DNA of 63,717 nt, filler included, from Globobulimina sp. (GCA_003354225.1; 15 parts of 15 records of this genome joined end to end with filler, not necessarily neighbours in it); one strand, 5' to 3'. Numbered from the whole stretch's first letter, positions 1 through 12,675 are shown. The notes: generated from the letters alone by a model not told the origin. Made by a program: numbers and translations.

Positions 1-150
1 CGGCGTCGACGGCTCGGTCACCAGATAGGGTGCCAGCTGGACACGAATGTCCGGTGCATATTCAAACGGCCGGTGAAGTGCAGGCTCTTGCTCACCTTCG
101 CGTCCATCTTCAATCTGGGCTTCATTTTCGGGTGGCTCAACAGCCTCCTC
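1..150 (-). other. Foreign, probably bacterial, coding fragment joined to the G-beta gene
   Basis: Visibly more GC-rich. G-beta homology stops after HTGDVMSIDLNS. A different minus frame reads EEAVEPPENEAQIEDGREGEQEPALHRPFEYAPDIRVQLAPYLVTEPSTP without a stop. Confidence 0.55.
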
Positions 151-847
151 TTTTTGCTGTTCAAATCAATCGACATTACGTCGCCGGTATGGTCCATGAA
201 CATATTCTTTGTGGCTCGGCTTTCAACGTCCCACAAAATGCACGTTCCGTCGCCCGACGCCGATATCACTTCGCCATCATCGATGAAACGCGCACACGAC
301 AAATAACCGTCATGTTTCTCCAATTCTCGGTATAAATCTTTTGAGCGAAACCTGCCGCCATTGGCTCCTATGTACATTACATGCGATTTTGCGCGTTGCC
401 AATGTGCCATATTACAGATTATGAAATGGAGGGTGTACCGGCTTGTGCGTTTTGGTTGGAAGTCTTGAATATTGAGACTGTGTTATCTAAGCCGCCCGAC
501 GCGATGTACTCATAAGTCGGCGAAAAGGCGCAGGTCATAACCCAGGCGGAGTTGAGTGTGATGGCCAACTGTTTGTTGCCAGTATGCGACGACCATATAA
601 TTAATTTTCCGTCTTGCGAGGCGGTCACAATATTCATGCTATCCGGGCCCCAGTGTAAGGCGTAGATTTTGCCGAAATGCCCGGTGCATAAATTGCGTTG
701 TTTTGGTTCGTAATCTGCGACTTCCACATTTTGGGCTATTTCTGCCAATATTTTCTTGCCGCTGCTAGACCGAATTTGATCGATTTGCGTTTTTAACTCT
801 TCACACATTTTCTGGCATGTGTCCAAATCTCGCACTGCTTGTGACAT
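151..847 (-). CDS. GNB: Heterotrimeric G-protein beta subunit (WD40), 3'-truncated
   Basis: GHFGKIYALHW, TASQDGKLIIW, WVMTCAFSP, ASGGLDN, HDGYLSCARF, SASGDGTCILWD, HTGDVMS. A phase-1 GT-AG intron at 368-438 joins the two track ORFs in frame. Confidence 0.95.
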
Positions 848-1181
848 TGTCTTGCTTCTTTGTTTTTGGTATGGTAAATATTAAAACTGTCAAGTACTAA
901 GTCAATGTAGTTTATGTGAATTAATTGACTCATTCTGATAAGGCGAATAACAGCAATTAAGTTTTATTATTGGGTTAAATATCAATTATTAAAGCACAAA
1001 TTTATTATAAAAAGTTGTTTTGGTTTTGACTTTTGTACATTACTGCATGGCATACATTAATTAATTCGTTTTCGATGTGTATTCATTGCAAACGAATTAT
1101 ATAATTACAATACCAACACAGCAATGTACTAACAATCAAATACACGATGAAATAAAAAAAATATAAGTATACGTCAGCCAG

Positions 1182-3220
1182 TTAAACATTATCATGCAAC
1201 CAATTTGTGATCGACTCCTTAATCGATTTTGCGTTTTGATCAATTAAAGTGATACTCAATGAATATTCTTTTTGTATGGCATCCAATCGGTCGTTCCCAA
1301 TCGAATCGTCTTTGGATATCAAATTAATGCAAACGCCCTTTGCTCCAAACCTCCCCGTCCTACCAACGCGATGCATAAATGTCTCAGAGTCAAAAGTGAA
1401 TCCCGTCTGACCAGTTTGTGTGGACTGTCCCTCATTCATTGGAATCTCGAAATTCACCACCAAACCGACCGCAGGCACATCAATGCCGCGAGCAATCACA
1501 TTGGAAGCCACTAAACACTGCGTCTGGTTCAATCTGAATTCATCCATGGTTTTATCCCGCAATTTAATATCCAATCCACGGCCATACAACGCGCTGCAAG
1601 CCACACCGATATCTTTTGACTCTAAGCCAGCAATTAATTGCTTTGCTTTTGTCACCGTGTTGACAAAAATTATCATTTGGCCAATGTTTGCCAATGATAT
1701 CACACGTAATAACGTATTGAATTTATCCACTTCATCTTCACATAATATCTAAAAAAAAACAGACAAAATCAGTGGGTCCATGATCGGCTTAAAGTGTTTT
1801 TCACTAAAAAAAAACTTGAAGTCACCCAAAGATAGTTACTAAATCATGACACAGTCACACTCAACTTTTGAAACTGTGTTAATTTAATCACAAAACATAT
1901 ATAATATACCTTGAACACCCGAATATTGTCCAATTGGACCTGTTTTTGGGCGACTCGGATAATGAACGGATTGGGCGCGATGTCAACGGCTAATTTTTTA
2001 ACATGCGCAGGATATGTGGCAGAAAATAATAAGGTTTGAAAGCGCGGCTTAACGCCGTTGGTGAGGTCGGTCGTAATCATTAATAACTGATCGAATAAGT
2101 TACCGAAACTGCTCGTAAATTGTTTCTTGGATTTACTTTTTTTTTGGGATTCTGCTTTTAAAAATTCATCGGCTTCATCCACTACTAAAATACGAAAATA
2201 TTTCAAAAAGCCTTTAATTCCGTTTTTTGAACGTTTTTGATTGTTGAGAATTTTATCGATTATGGTTCCCGGCGTTCCGACACAGATTTGACAATCCCAT
2301 GGATTTGGCATCCGTTCACCTGCAATTACACAAAAAAATAAATATAACCAATTTGTAACAGAAAAATGGTAAACTGATGTAACAAATTTCCAGTTTCAAA
2401 CTGCATGTTATCTGTGAATATAACATTGAGTCTGAGACTGAAAAATGACGAGTCATGTCATGATGAGCTGACTTGAGTGACTTAGAGTTTTTTTTTTACA
2501 TTTTCAACATGGCTTACCTTTTAAAGCTAAAGTGACTTTGAGACCACTTATAAATTGACCCAATGACTGACAAACAGTGTACGTTTGGATGGCTAACTCG
2601 CGGCTGTGTACAACCACCAATCCTTGTAAATTAATAATATTTTCATCGACCCGTTGTAGCATAATCAGAGTAAACGTGGCTGTTTTGCCCGAACCGTGAT
2701 GTGCTTGGCCAATTAAATTTGGATAAGTGTCCGCCAAACAGCGCGGTATAGCCTCCGCCTGTATTTTTGACGGATGTGTAAAATTCATTTTATCGCAACC
2801 GTCCAATAATTCCGGCCGTAAAATCGCATTCATCGATGCGAAATCGACGTATTTTAATGATTGATAATGGTTTATGTTTAATAATTTATTATTATGCGTC
2901 ACTAACAATGTGCCCTGCGTCGAGTCAATGATTCCGGTCTTTGGCATAGGCGCATTATTGTTGTTGTTGGTGTTTACATTCATATTATTCATTTTCTCCT
3001 CCATTTGTTTGAAATCGTGTGGTTTAAATTGTTGTTGTTTGAAGTTGTTATTATTATTGTTGTTGTGGTTTAAATTGTTTTGTATTTGCTGAGCGAACTG
3101 CTGATTCATTGCAAATTGCGCCTTTTGTTCCGTCGCATTGTTGGTTAAAGTTTGGAGTTGTTGCAGGTATTTGGCTGTATTGATAGCGAAATTTGCATTG
3201 GGTTGAGTTTGTTGAGCCAT
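1182..3220 (-). CDS. DBP5: DEAD-box RNA helicase, DDX19/Dbp5-like, with N/Q-rich N-terminus
   Basis: PSKIQ Q-motif, NLIGQAHHGSGKT, GTPG, DEAD, FSAT, ARGID, HRVGRTGRFG. Exons 3220-2518, 2319-1910 and 1748-1182 splice in frame. Confidence 0.88.
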
Positions 3221-3402
3221 GCTCTCAATCTCAAAAACTTGTAATATTTACTTTAAAAACATCAGACTTAAATTTTAAAAACCATTATCTGTGCCAAATA
3301 ATGCAGTTCGTTTACAAAAAAAAACTAAAACAACAACTGTACAAAACGTATAAACCACACATCAACACAACGCAACAAAAAAATAATTATATACAGACAA
3401 TC

Positions 3403-4159
3403 TTAATCAGACTCGTCACTATCATCAAAATTATATCCCTGCACTTCCATTCTCCATTCAATGCCTCTCCTAAAAAAGGACATCATTCGGGAAGCAGCCA
3501 ACGCGTTGCCACTCACACGATTTCCTTTCATATCCGACTGAGTGATCATAGTACACATTGGCCCGAATACTTTGCCCAAGGACTGGCCGCCCATTCTCGC
3601 CGACGGCTTCATTGCAACTCTCGCCAATATGTCCCACAAATAGGTCAAAGTGGAGGCGTACGGCTCATCCATCTCTGACACCACCGCTGCCATTACATCC
3701 TTACTCAATGCCTTCATTAATATGCTCTGCGACACTGTGCTTAATAGCGGTGAGGGCAGAGATGCAAAAAAGACATATATATGATTGGCATATTGCATTT
3801 CCATCACATCCGCGCATTTTTGCATTTCCTCCGGATGGAATATCTTAAATGTTCCAAATTTATCCAATTTTATCAATTTCTCACCCAATAAATATAAAAT
3901 CAATGGTATCTCGCCCGAATAACCAGACACTTTGCTCATTTTTAATGTTTTCAATGCTTTTCCCAATGCATTTTGCCTGAAATACAACATTCAGTTTCAA
4001 ACTCAAAATTTGTTCGCAAGTTTTACAATATTTCAGTTTCAAACTACTTTTCACCGAACACATAAAAACATATTCAGTTTGAAACTGAAACTTCGTACAA
4101 TTATAAAAAAAACATACATTTCAAAATTTATCGCCTTATCAGACCCGACCTGCACACCA
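3403..4159 (-). CDS. RhoGAP-like domain protein, 5'-partial
   Basis: IPLILYLL...KIFH...FFASLPSPLL...TLTYLWDIL...MGGQSLGKVFGP follows the RhoGAP motif order. Intron 3977-4117. Confidence 0.7.
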
Positions 4160-4259
4160 NNNNNNNNNNNNNNNNNNNNNNNNNNNNNNNNNNNNNNNNN
4201 NNNTTAATTAATTAANNNNNNNNNNNNNNNNNNNNNNNNNNNNNNNNNNNNNNNNNNNN
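4160..4259. other. Artificial contig-joining spacer (first of 14)
   Basis: N44-TTAATTAATTAA-N44, with stops in all six frames. Identical 100-bp spacers start at 4160, 8418, 12676, 16934, 21190, 25446, 29701, 33956, 38211, 42465, 46718, 50970, 55220 and 59470. Confidence 0.99.
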
Positions 4260-4742
4260 ATTTCAATTAATTGTTACAATGGGAAAAAATCTAAATTTAA
4301 ATCGCCACCAAAGAGCAAAGAGTGGCAAACTCCATTTGGAGAAGTATTCGCTGTGCTCAAATCATCCGTATTTGGTAAAAATATTATGTGGCACTTTTGA
4401 TGTGGTTTCCTCTTTTATTCCAAAAAAATGTGACCACAAATTTGTTATTACTTTGAAGAGTGCAAATAATGAATACGCAAATCCTCCAATTATAAACACT
4501 AAAATATATACAGTGCAGTACATGCAGTGTGTCACGGAAATAGCAAACAAAAAGAAAGCAGGAACATAACTTTGTTGCCAGAGAGCCATTCGACTGTAGC
4601 TATTGATAAATATATTAATATTTTTACCAAATACGGATGATTTGAGCACAGCGAATACTTTTCCAAATGGAGTTTGCCACTCTTTGCTCTTTGGTGGCGA
4701 TTTAAATTTAGATTTTTTCCCATTGTAACAATTAATTGAAAT
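4260..4742. repeat. 127-bp inverted duplication at contig start (4260-4386 vs 4616-4742)
   Basis: Reverse-complement identity with one mismatch; copies part of a coding exon and begins exactly at the contig edge. Confidence 0.9.
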
Positions 4743-5414
4743 ATGAGAAACATCAAAACCAGATAACTGGCATAATTTTGAACCATTTTTGGTGATTAAT
4801 GATAGCTTTGAACAAACAATATCGAGTTCAGAGCATGCAGTCAAAATACCGCGTGAATCGAAACGGAAATAATCATTACGACAGACATTGTACCAATGAT
4901 CGCAATAACTCTGCAGTGTAATGTGCAATGTATGTGTGTGTGTTGCGTATAATATTACAAATCATAAAAAATATTAGGGTTTAACTTGACAGATTCCCTT
5001 TATTTGATTGGTTCCTATTCGTGGATCACACGGAGAACAGCCAATATTTAGACTGACGTCTCTGTGTTTTATTTTATTTTGCAAAGTGAATTGGAATGTG
5101 CAAGGATGTAATTATAAGACAGATAGAATGTGGAATATGAATATGTTGTACCTACAATCAGATGAAACACTTTTTTCATGATAAATATAGATATTTTTTA
5201 TAATTCTATCAGTATGGCTCTTATTGCAACATGTTTCGCCACGATAATATTTGCAATATGATAACTCTCGATTGTATGTTGGTAATTCCTCATCAAATCG
5301 AAAATGTTTGGTGTCGCCACATTTAGGCTCTCTTGTAAATCTCTTTTTGGTTTTGCAATCAACGTTAATTAAAAATAATAATATTGTTACTATTATGGAA
5401 AGGAATGCAGCCAT
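4387..5414 (-). CDS. Folate-receptor-family Cys-rich protein with signal peptide and C-terminal TM; true 3' end replaced by the fold-back
   Basis: CKYYRGETCC, GCSPCDPRIG, ICQSYCDHWYNVCRNDYF. Exons 5414-5152, 5061-4986 and 4910 onward splice in frame. Confidence 0.8.
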
Positions 5415-5656
5415 GTTTAAAAATGGACGACAAACTAAAGTTTTGGAGAGAATGAAGTTTAGAGCATGGGTTCAATTTCGTTTTTGTAATAGTTATGATG
5501 TAGTTTCATCAAATAAAATTAAAATATTCTTGAAATTTCTTGGATTTCTGTTTGTAAATAGATGACAAATCCGTTTATAAATTAACAAGGGTTACGATCA
5601 AAACAACAACAAAGAACACAGATAATTATGGAGCAAATAATTTAATTAAAGGTTTA

Positions 5657-7663
5657 TTGAAAAAGAATGATAAACATCAAATTTCACAAAATAAGAAAAA
5701 TAAAGTTGTAAATGAAGCATTACAGATTTACCAACAAATCAAGGAAGAAAAAAATTATTTTGTGATCAATACAATGTTAAAATTATTGTATCAATTTGAA
5801 AAACCAGAAAAAATATTGTCATTATGGAAGGATATTAAACTGCTACGAGAACAGCAAAATTGTGACATATCGTTTCCATTATTGATGAAATGTTGCATTA
5901 AAGCCGATAACATAAATATTTGTGAATGCGTAGAAATATTAGAATGGATAAAAGAATGTAATTATAAGTTACGATTACATGGATATTTCATAAATAAACT
6001 TATAGGTAAAACAATTGCAAATAATAATTTGCATAATTTACAATATATTCACGCTCTGATTTACAATGATAAAATAATTGAAGACAACAATGATATTATA
6101 ACCAAAACAGTTTTAATTAATGCTTATTCAGCCTGTAAAAGCCCGGAAGATATATTAAAAATATTTGATTCCATCAATGATAAAGATATTGTTCTGATCG
6201 GTGCTGTGATGAATGGGTTAATAAATAATAAATGGTATACACAATCACTTGAAATATATGATAAATATTATTCATTAAACAATGAAATAACCCACATTTT
6301 AGCCGTTAAAGCTTGTGCAAAATGTATGTTAACAGAGAAAGGTTTAAATATTATTAATAACAAAATAAATATAAATAAATTATCAGTGCAGAATAAAAAT
6401 ATATTGATTGGTTTTTATGCAAAATGCGGCGATATTTATAATATGGTCGATATGTTTAATTGTATCAAATTGAATGGCGAAAAATATGACATTTATACAA
6501 TAAATGCAATGATGAAAGGATATCTGGATAATAATAAAAATGAAGACGTGTTGCAATTGTATGACAATATTCCAATTACTTTGAGCAAAGATTCAGTTTC
6601 TTTTTTATTGGTTATTACAGCATGCAATAAATTGAATGATTTGCGGAAAGGACAGGAAATTCATAATATATTAAATATAAACAAAACAAATAAGAATTTT
6701 GATATATCATTGGAGCATAACAATGCATTGATTGAATTTTATGGAAAGTGTTCGCAAATAAAAGAGGCTGAAAATGTTTTTGCTTCAATTAAGGATTCGG
6801 AGAAAGACATTGTGACAATAAGTAGTATGATGAATGTGTATTGTAATAATAAGTTAAATTACCAATCAGTTGAAATATTCAATAATTTAAACAGTGAGAG
6901 ATTTAAGCATATTGAGGCAGATATTGTTTGCCACGCAATTGCGTTGAAAGCATGTTGTAATGGGGATTTGTTTGATTTTGGTATGGATATTTTTGCAAAT
7001 TTGGAAATGGATAAAAATAAAAAGTGGATGTTAAGTCATATTGATTTACAAATGCCATTAATTACATTGTTTGGCAAAAATGGCGTTATTCAACAGTGTG
7101 AAGTGATATTTAATGATATTAAAAAACATAAATATAATGAATATAAAACAGAGATAAATATATGGAATGCTATGATTATCGCATATATAAAGAACGGTAA
7201 TATTGACAAAGCAAAGGAATTGTATTTTGATATGAAAACAGAAACGGAATTAAAGGGGGATATATTTACATTCTCTGCGTTATTGAGTGGGTATAGCCAT
7301 TGTGGACAAGTGAATGAAGCGTATAATATTTGGGAGAATGAGATTGAGGGTGAATGTATGAGATATAATAAAATTGTCATCTCGGCATTGGTGGATGGGT
7401 TGTCACGAAGTGGTGAATTGTCGGAAGCTTTTCAACTGATTGAAAAATATGAAAAGTATGGAGACAATCAAACATATCATGTGATGTGGAATGCATTGTT
7501 AAATGGAGCTGTTATGCATAAAGATACATTGGTGAATAATATTTATGATGAATATGAACATCGGTTCGGAGATGACCAAATATTGATGGACTCCGCATCG
7601 AAATTGTATGCAAAAAATGTTCATTCATTACAGAAAGATAAATTGGAAACAGTAGTAAAATAA
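5657..7663 (+). CDS. PLS-class pentatricopeptide repeat protein ending in an E1-like motif, no DYW domain
   Basis: Alternating S-like (LIGFYAKCGD, NALIEFYGKC), P-like (WNAMIIAYIKNG) and L-like (SFLLVITAC) motifs; terminal TFSALLSGYSHCG, ALVDGLSRSG, VMWNALL. The frame is open upstream to about 5558, so the true start is probably in an upstream exon. Confidence 0.92.
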   Translation: MKKNDKHQISQNKKNKVVNEALQIYQQIKEEKNYFVINTMLKLLYQFEKPEKILSLWKDIKLLREQQNCDISFPLLMKCCIKADNINICECVEILEWIKECNYKLRLHGYFINKLIGKTIANNNLHNLQYIHALIYNDKIIEDNNDIITKTVLINAYSACKSPEDILKIFDSINDKDIVLIGAVMNGLINNKWYTQSLEIYDKYYSLNNEITHILAVKACAKCMLTEKGLNIINNKININKLSVQNKNILIGFYAKCGDIYNMVDMFNCIKLNGEKYDIYTINAMMKGYLDNNKNEDVLQLYDNIPITLSKDSVSFLLVITACNKLNDLRKGQEIHNILNINKTNKNFDISLEHNNALIEFYGKCSQIKEAENVFASIKDSEKDIVTISSMMNVYCNNKLNYQSVEIFNNLNSERFKHIEADIVCHAIALKACCNGDLFDFGMDIFANLEMDKNKKWMLSHIDLQMPLITLFGKNGVIQQCEVIFNDIKKHKYNEYKTEINIWNAMIIAYIKNGNIDKAKELYFDMKTETELKGDIFTFSALLSGYSHCGQVNEAYNIWENEIEGECMRYNKIVISALVDGLSRSGELSEAFQLIEKYEKYGDNQTYHVMWNALLNGAVMHKDTLVNNIYDEYEHRFGDDQILMDSASKLYAKNVHSLQKDKLETVVK

Positions 7664-7713
7664 ATACGCATTTAAAGACGTGCTAAATCAAACAAACAAG
7701 ATGCTGCTTATAG

Positions 7714-8417
7714 TCATAGCATGTCACCTTTGCCTATCTTTGTCAACGATTTTTGAATGCATTCACCAATTGACGTTGTTCCGTCCAGAATTAATAATCG
7801 ATCTTTTATGGAAATACGATCTTTCAATTTTGCTGTATTGCTTTCAAACACTTTTGCTTTATATTGTTGATAATTCGGCCAAATATTTTCTCGAAAATAT
7901 CGCGGAGTCTCAGGTTTTGACGACATTCGCCGTTGATAGCACACTTTGCGTGATATTTCAAGCCAGATAAAATGGTGAATACGTTGCACAATTCTGCTCT
8001 CATGATACAGCATAAAACCCTCTAGAATTATATAAAATGGTTTGCTTTTATTGTCTATCGATATGGAAGTTTTATGATAATCACTTTGTGTCAATATATG
8101 TTTGTAAAAAGCATCATGTCTTATTGCTTTCGGGTGATCCCAATTTCCATTTAATTCCTTCCATATTTTCATAGTATCAAAATAATTGTCCTGATGAATA
8201 GTTTTACAGTTCTCAACACCTAACAATTTGGTTAAATAATGTGTCAGAGTGGACTTTCCAGAGCGTGTTGCCCCAGAAATACCAATTACTATCACCTTAT
8301 TATTTATGTTTCGATAGACGTATTCTTTTATTTTGTTTAAACAATCAGTTGAATCATTGGATACATTTTGTTGATGGATATTTGAATCTTTTTCTTTTGT
8401 ATTATATATATCTGCAA
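7714..8417 (-). CDS. Nicotinamide riboside/uridine kinase family P-loop kinase, 5'-partial
   Basis: IGISGATRSGKSTL, IHQDNYF, NWDHPKAI, ILEGFMLY. The frame stays open from 8295 to the contig end. Confidence 0.85.
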
Positions 8418-8567
8418 NNNNNNNNNNNNNNNNNNNNNNNNNNNNNNNNNNNNNNNNNNNNTTAATTAATTAANNNNNNNNNNNNNNNNNNNNNNNNNNN
8501 NNNNNNNNNNNNNNNNNGATATTAATGTAAAAGAATTTCATTAAAACAAATATGAAAGCATCCATTC

Positions 8568-8999
8568 ATGAAAGTATTGGATGATCAGAATGAGGAAAGG
8601 GAAGAAAAGGAAGAGGAAACACAGGAAATTATTGACGATAATAATGATGAAAGTGGGCATGGATCGGATGATGAGTATGATGATGGAAGCGGAGGCTTAG
8701 ACAGTTCAGATACCGACAATGCTAATGATGATTTAAATAGATATATAAAGATATTGGGTGCTAATAATAAAGAGTCCGGGATTGATGGTAAATTATTATG
8801 TCAATTATTATTAACAGAATGGGATTTAACTGATTGTTATCCCAAATTAAAGCAAAGCGGATGGACATATCCATCTGAATGGCAACAATTAACTGTACCT
8901 GTTTTAGTGTATGAAGTCGGTTTAGAAAAGGAAGAATCGCAATTGTTTATTAAATGTTTGGATGGATATTTGAAATATAAACAATCCAAATTAAACTAA
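8568..8999 (+). CDS. Acidic hypothetical protein with degenerate SAM-like C-terminal domain, probably 5'-partial
   Basis: D/E-rich stretch, then LLTEWDLTDCYPKLKQSGW...LT...L..VGL, resembling a SAM pattern. Confidence 0.45.
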   Translation: MKVLDDQNEEREEKEEETQEIIDDNNDESGHGSDDEYDDGSGGLDSSDTDNANDDLNRYIKILGANNKESGIDGKLLCQLLLTEWDLTDCYPKLKQSGWTYPSEWQQLTVPVLVYEVGLEKEESQLFIKCLDGYLKYKQSKLN

Positions 9000-9179
9000 A
9001 ACTTTTACATCACTTTGACCATAGACTGGATTTATTGTTTGTATATATATAGTTCGAGCAATTATCTGTTTTTAATTATAATTTTTGTTTCTCATCACTC
9101 TGTTTTTTGTATACATTAACCACGTAAACGATGAATTCCTTGTCAAGTACAAAAACATTTTTAGATTATTTACCACATC

Positions 9180-10337
9180 ATGATGGAGGTCACCCTGGAT
9201 GACAAGGTATTATGTTGGTGGTTGTTTGGAATTTCAAATGGAAGTTTAATAATTTTATGGACAATGTCGATGAAACAATGTTGTAACTCAAATATTTCGG
9301 ATAAAAAACGATGTCATCGAGCAACCTCTGTTGTATTATTTAGTGTTTGTGGCATGATACTAAATGCATTTTATTATTTATCGTCAATGTTCCCACATTT
9401 TGTGTTAATATATCTACGATTGCCAGTAATTACATTTATTTGTGAAGCAATTGTCACAATAATTGGATATCATATTTTTTGTTTATTTCATTTATCATTT
9501 ATTAATCGTTTATATCAAGCAACAACTGACCACGCTCCATCATCACTGAAATGTGCATTCATATTATTGGAGGCGTTTGTTATTATTATGATACTAATCT
9601 GTTATTCCTTTGTTTTTATATTCAGCCAATTTTATTCTATCATAATTTGTTATATATTATACGCGCTGATTATTTTATGCCAATCATTATTAGTATTATA
9701 TGAATCAAGTAAAATATTAACATTATTAACTCCAACAGCAAACGCCTATGAATGGGACGCAATTAACCATCGTACATCTATGGAATCAGTTGTTTCAACA
9801 AAATTAATCTCAGCAAAACGAACCGTGAAAGCGGTCATATTAATATTGCTTTTGATATGTTGTGTTTGTATCAGTGATATATTATTAAATTTGCATTTCA
9901 TTATACAAGCACACGGAGTGCCATTCTATATTGGCAGATTTGATATATTTTTAATAAGTAATATTATACGCTCATTGTTTATGATTACATTAATGATGAT
10001 ATTGCTATTCTGGATATATCAAAGAGATGCGACATGGTGTGATTGTAACAAAAATTCGATTTGTATGGTTAAGTGTAAGTGGACGCATTATAAAAATATG
10101 AATGTGAAAGACTTCAATGAATTGGACAATATACTACGAATTGATAAACATATCAATGTATTGGAGACCCCGTCGCCATTTGTGAATTTAACAACGAATA
10201 CATACACGATGGTATGGGATAGTACTGTGGTCACTGGAAACACAAATCAAACTGTAGATACTACGTCTGCTGATACTGACAGTACTACAACGTTATTGAT
10301 TGGTGATTCAACTTCAACACACACTTTTTGTTCATAG
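9180..10337 (+). CDS. Orphan seven-transmembrane (GPCR-like) protein
   Basis: 385-aa ORF with about 7 hydrophobic segments, a Cys-rich juxtamembrane stretch and an S/T-rich tail. Confidence 0.65.
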   Translation: MMEVTLDDKVLCWWLFGISNGSLIILWTMSMKQCCNSNISDKKRCHRATSVVLFSVCGMILNAFYYLSSMFPHFVLIYLRLPVITFICEAIVTIIGYHIFCLFHLSFINRLYQATTDHAPSSLKCAFILLEAFVIIMILICYSFVFIFSQFYSIIICYILYALIILCQSLLVLYESSKILTLLTPTANAYEWDAINHRTSMESVVSTKLISAKRTVKAVILILLLICCVCISDILLNLHFIIQAHGVPFYIGRFDIFLISNIIRSLFMITLMMILLFWIYQRDATWCDCNKNSICMVKCKWTHYKNMNVKDFNELDNILRIDKHINVLETPSPFVNLTTNTYTMVWDSTVVTGNTNQTVDTTSADTDSTTTLLIGDSTSTHTFCS

Positions 10338-10402
10338 TTTATTTGTAATTTTGTATATTCTCAATCGATCTACAGTACTTTCATAAAAAACAACAACTGG
10401 AA

Positions 10403-11370
10403 ATGTTGCCAGAGACAAGCGACTGGATAAAACTTCCTATTGCACCGTTTGGGGATAAAGATTGTGGCAGATCACCAGTATTGATTAATGACGACATTAT
10501 TTTATCTCCATCCAATGATAATCATATATATAAATTTAACATTAAATCACAGAAATGGCATACATTTAAATTCACTGATTATACGAATATTGAATATCAT
10601 GCGATGTGTGCATCAGCTGACAATGAAAGGTTATTTATATTTGATGGATTTGAGAATGAAATATTATTGATTGTAAATACTGAGACTATGAAAGTAATTA
10701 AAGAAATAGATGTCATTTGCACGGGACCATCTCCTGTGATTATCCCAGATGCTGTTAATAAAGAATTGATCCATATTATTGGTGGCGGTTTCAGCAATAA
10801 GCACATTACATTTAATATGAGAGATTATACAACAAACACAATTTATGAATTTAAAGGCATGGGATTTAAAGGCGGAGGTGTTTTAAATATATGTATCAAA
10901 GATGAAAACATTTGGTTATTGTTTAGTTATTCAATGCCAATTCATATATTTGATGGATAAATACATGTACAAATATGGATAAATACATGGCGCTTTTGAA
11001 TATTTACAATTTTGGGTATATATTAACTTTGGATCAGAAATATGTAATAATATTTTGTGGCTATAATTGTGATGATATTTTGATATTTGATGTTGAACAC
11101 AGGAAATTATTTAAATCGTATGTTAAAGCGCCAGATGTTGGGAGAACAAACGCAGTGATAACAAAGAACGGAGATATTCACTTGTTTCAAGATGCGAACC
11201 ATTACACAATTAATGTTAAAAAACTTATTGTCCCATTGGCTGTGTTGATTAATGGATATTTTAAGGATTTTCTGAATGAATTTAATGTTCCAATGGATAT
11301 TATAAAAATGATTGCTTTGTTTTTTGGAGATATTGTTAATGGTCAGCCTGTCCATCGCACGACAGCATAA
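10403..11370 (+). pseudogene. Kelch/beta-propeller-like protein split by an apparent frameshift near 10950
   Basis: Blade-like motifs (IYKFNIKSQKW, LFIFDG, IHIIGGG, VIIFCG, IHLF). The two ORFs are in different frames with no usable GT-AG intron between them; an assembly error is possible. Confidence 0.55.
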
Positions 11371-11454
11371 TCTTCCAATAGCATTGCTAGCTATGCTATA
11401 AAATCTAGGGCAATTAAGTTTTCATACCATTTTCCAAACTTTCTGAAGTAGATC

Positions 11455-12675
11455 ATGTCACCATTGTTTATGAGTTTTGAGCTTGCACTTACTTTATTTT
11501 TATCCATCTGGAACGGATTATTATTTGTTATGTTAGTGGTAAAATTATTGAAAACCAAAACAGAAGAACGCTATTTTAGTAAAAAAATTGTATCGTCAGC
11601 ATTGCTTAATTTTGGTGGGTTTTCTATTTGTTATATGATACATTCAATAGTTAGAATGCATAACTTTGGTGATTGGTCCATACGGATTATGTATATTGTA
11701 TTTACAGTGACATTTTCAATATCATTTGCATCTTCCTATATGTTTGTTGTCTCAATGATATATGCTTCATTTAATGGCTCTCAGTTTGCAATAAAAAAAT
11801 GGAACTTATATTTGCATTTATTATTAGCACTCATATTATTTATGCTATGTAGTTTCGGCACATTATTTATTTATGTAATACCAACTAAATGGGGACCTAT
11901 ACTACATTTTATCCTTTATCTATTGTATATTATTGGTTTGTGTTCAATGTATTATTTATTAAATATGAATTTAATAAAAATGGTAATGTTAGGTACGATT
12001 CTCCGCTATGAACAATCTGTTTGTATCTGTTTATATTTTTTGGTGTAAGGAAATGATCGGAGCAGAATCTATATATTTAATCCGATCCAATCTGGTTTCA
12101 TGTCTACAATAACTCGCTTATCAGTGTTGCAAGGAATATTTACGTTTACTGCAATTTTCTATTTGTTAATAACAATTTTGAACAATGCTGTATTTAAGAC
12201 TCCGCTTTCAAATAAGATTGAATGGCTATGTTATGCATTTACGATAATTATTGGTACGTTATCGATATATTTAACATTTAATATGAATATAAATGAATAT
12301 AAATGTATTTGCAAACCATGCAACATATTTTGTAAAATATGTTGTGAATCACTTGTAAAATGGTTGTATAGAACAAATGCAATGAAAACAGAGATAAAAC
12401 ATATCAGAAAAAAGGTAATTACCAGTACTACCACAACAACTACAACAATCACAACATGTACATCAGCATCAACTGAGACTGAGTTGGAACTGACTACTCC
12501 AAAAGTACGCGCAGTAAACAATAATGAATTTCCAGATCCAACGATTATAGAAACACCAGAAACTCCGTTAATTTTTAGCAATCAACAATTAAATGCAAAC
12601 GCTGTGTATAATTTGCCAGCAATCCTTTATAAACTGAAAGAAACGGAGAAGCATGGTATAAATGATATAAGATTA
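11455..12675 (+). CDS. Orphan seven-transmembrane protein, 3'-partial
   Basis: Five plus two hydrophobic segments joined in frame by intron 11993-12049; CICKPCNIFCKICC after the last TM. Confidence 0.7.

Noticed and set aside
4260-4742. Inverted repeat as a transposon or hairpin-RNA locus
   Set aside because: It copies coding sequence, starts at the contig edge and truncates the gene, as expected of an amplification fold-back.
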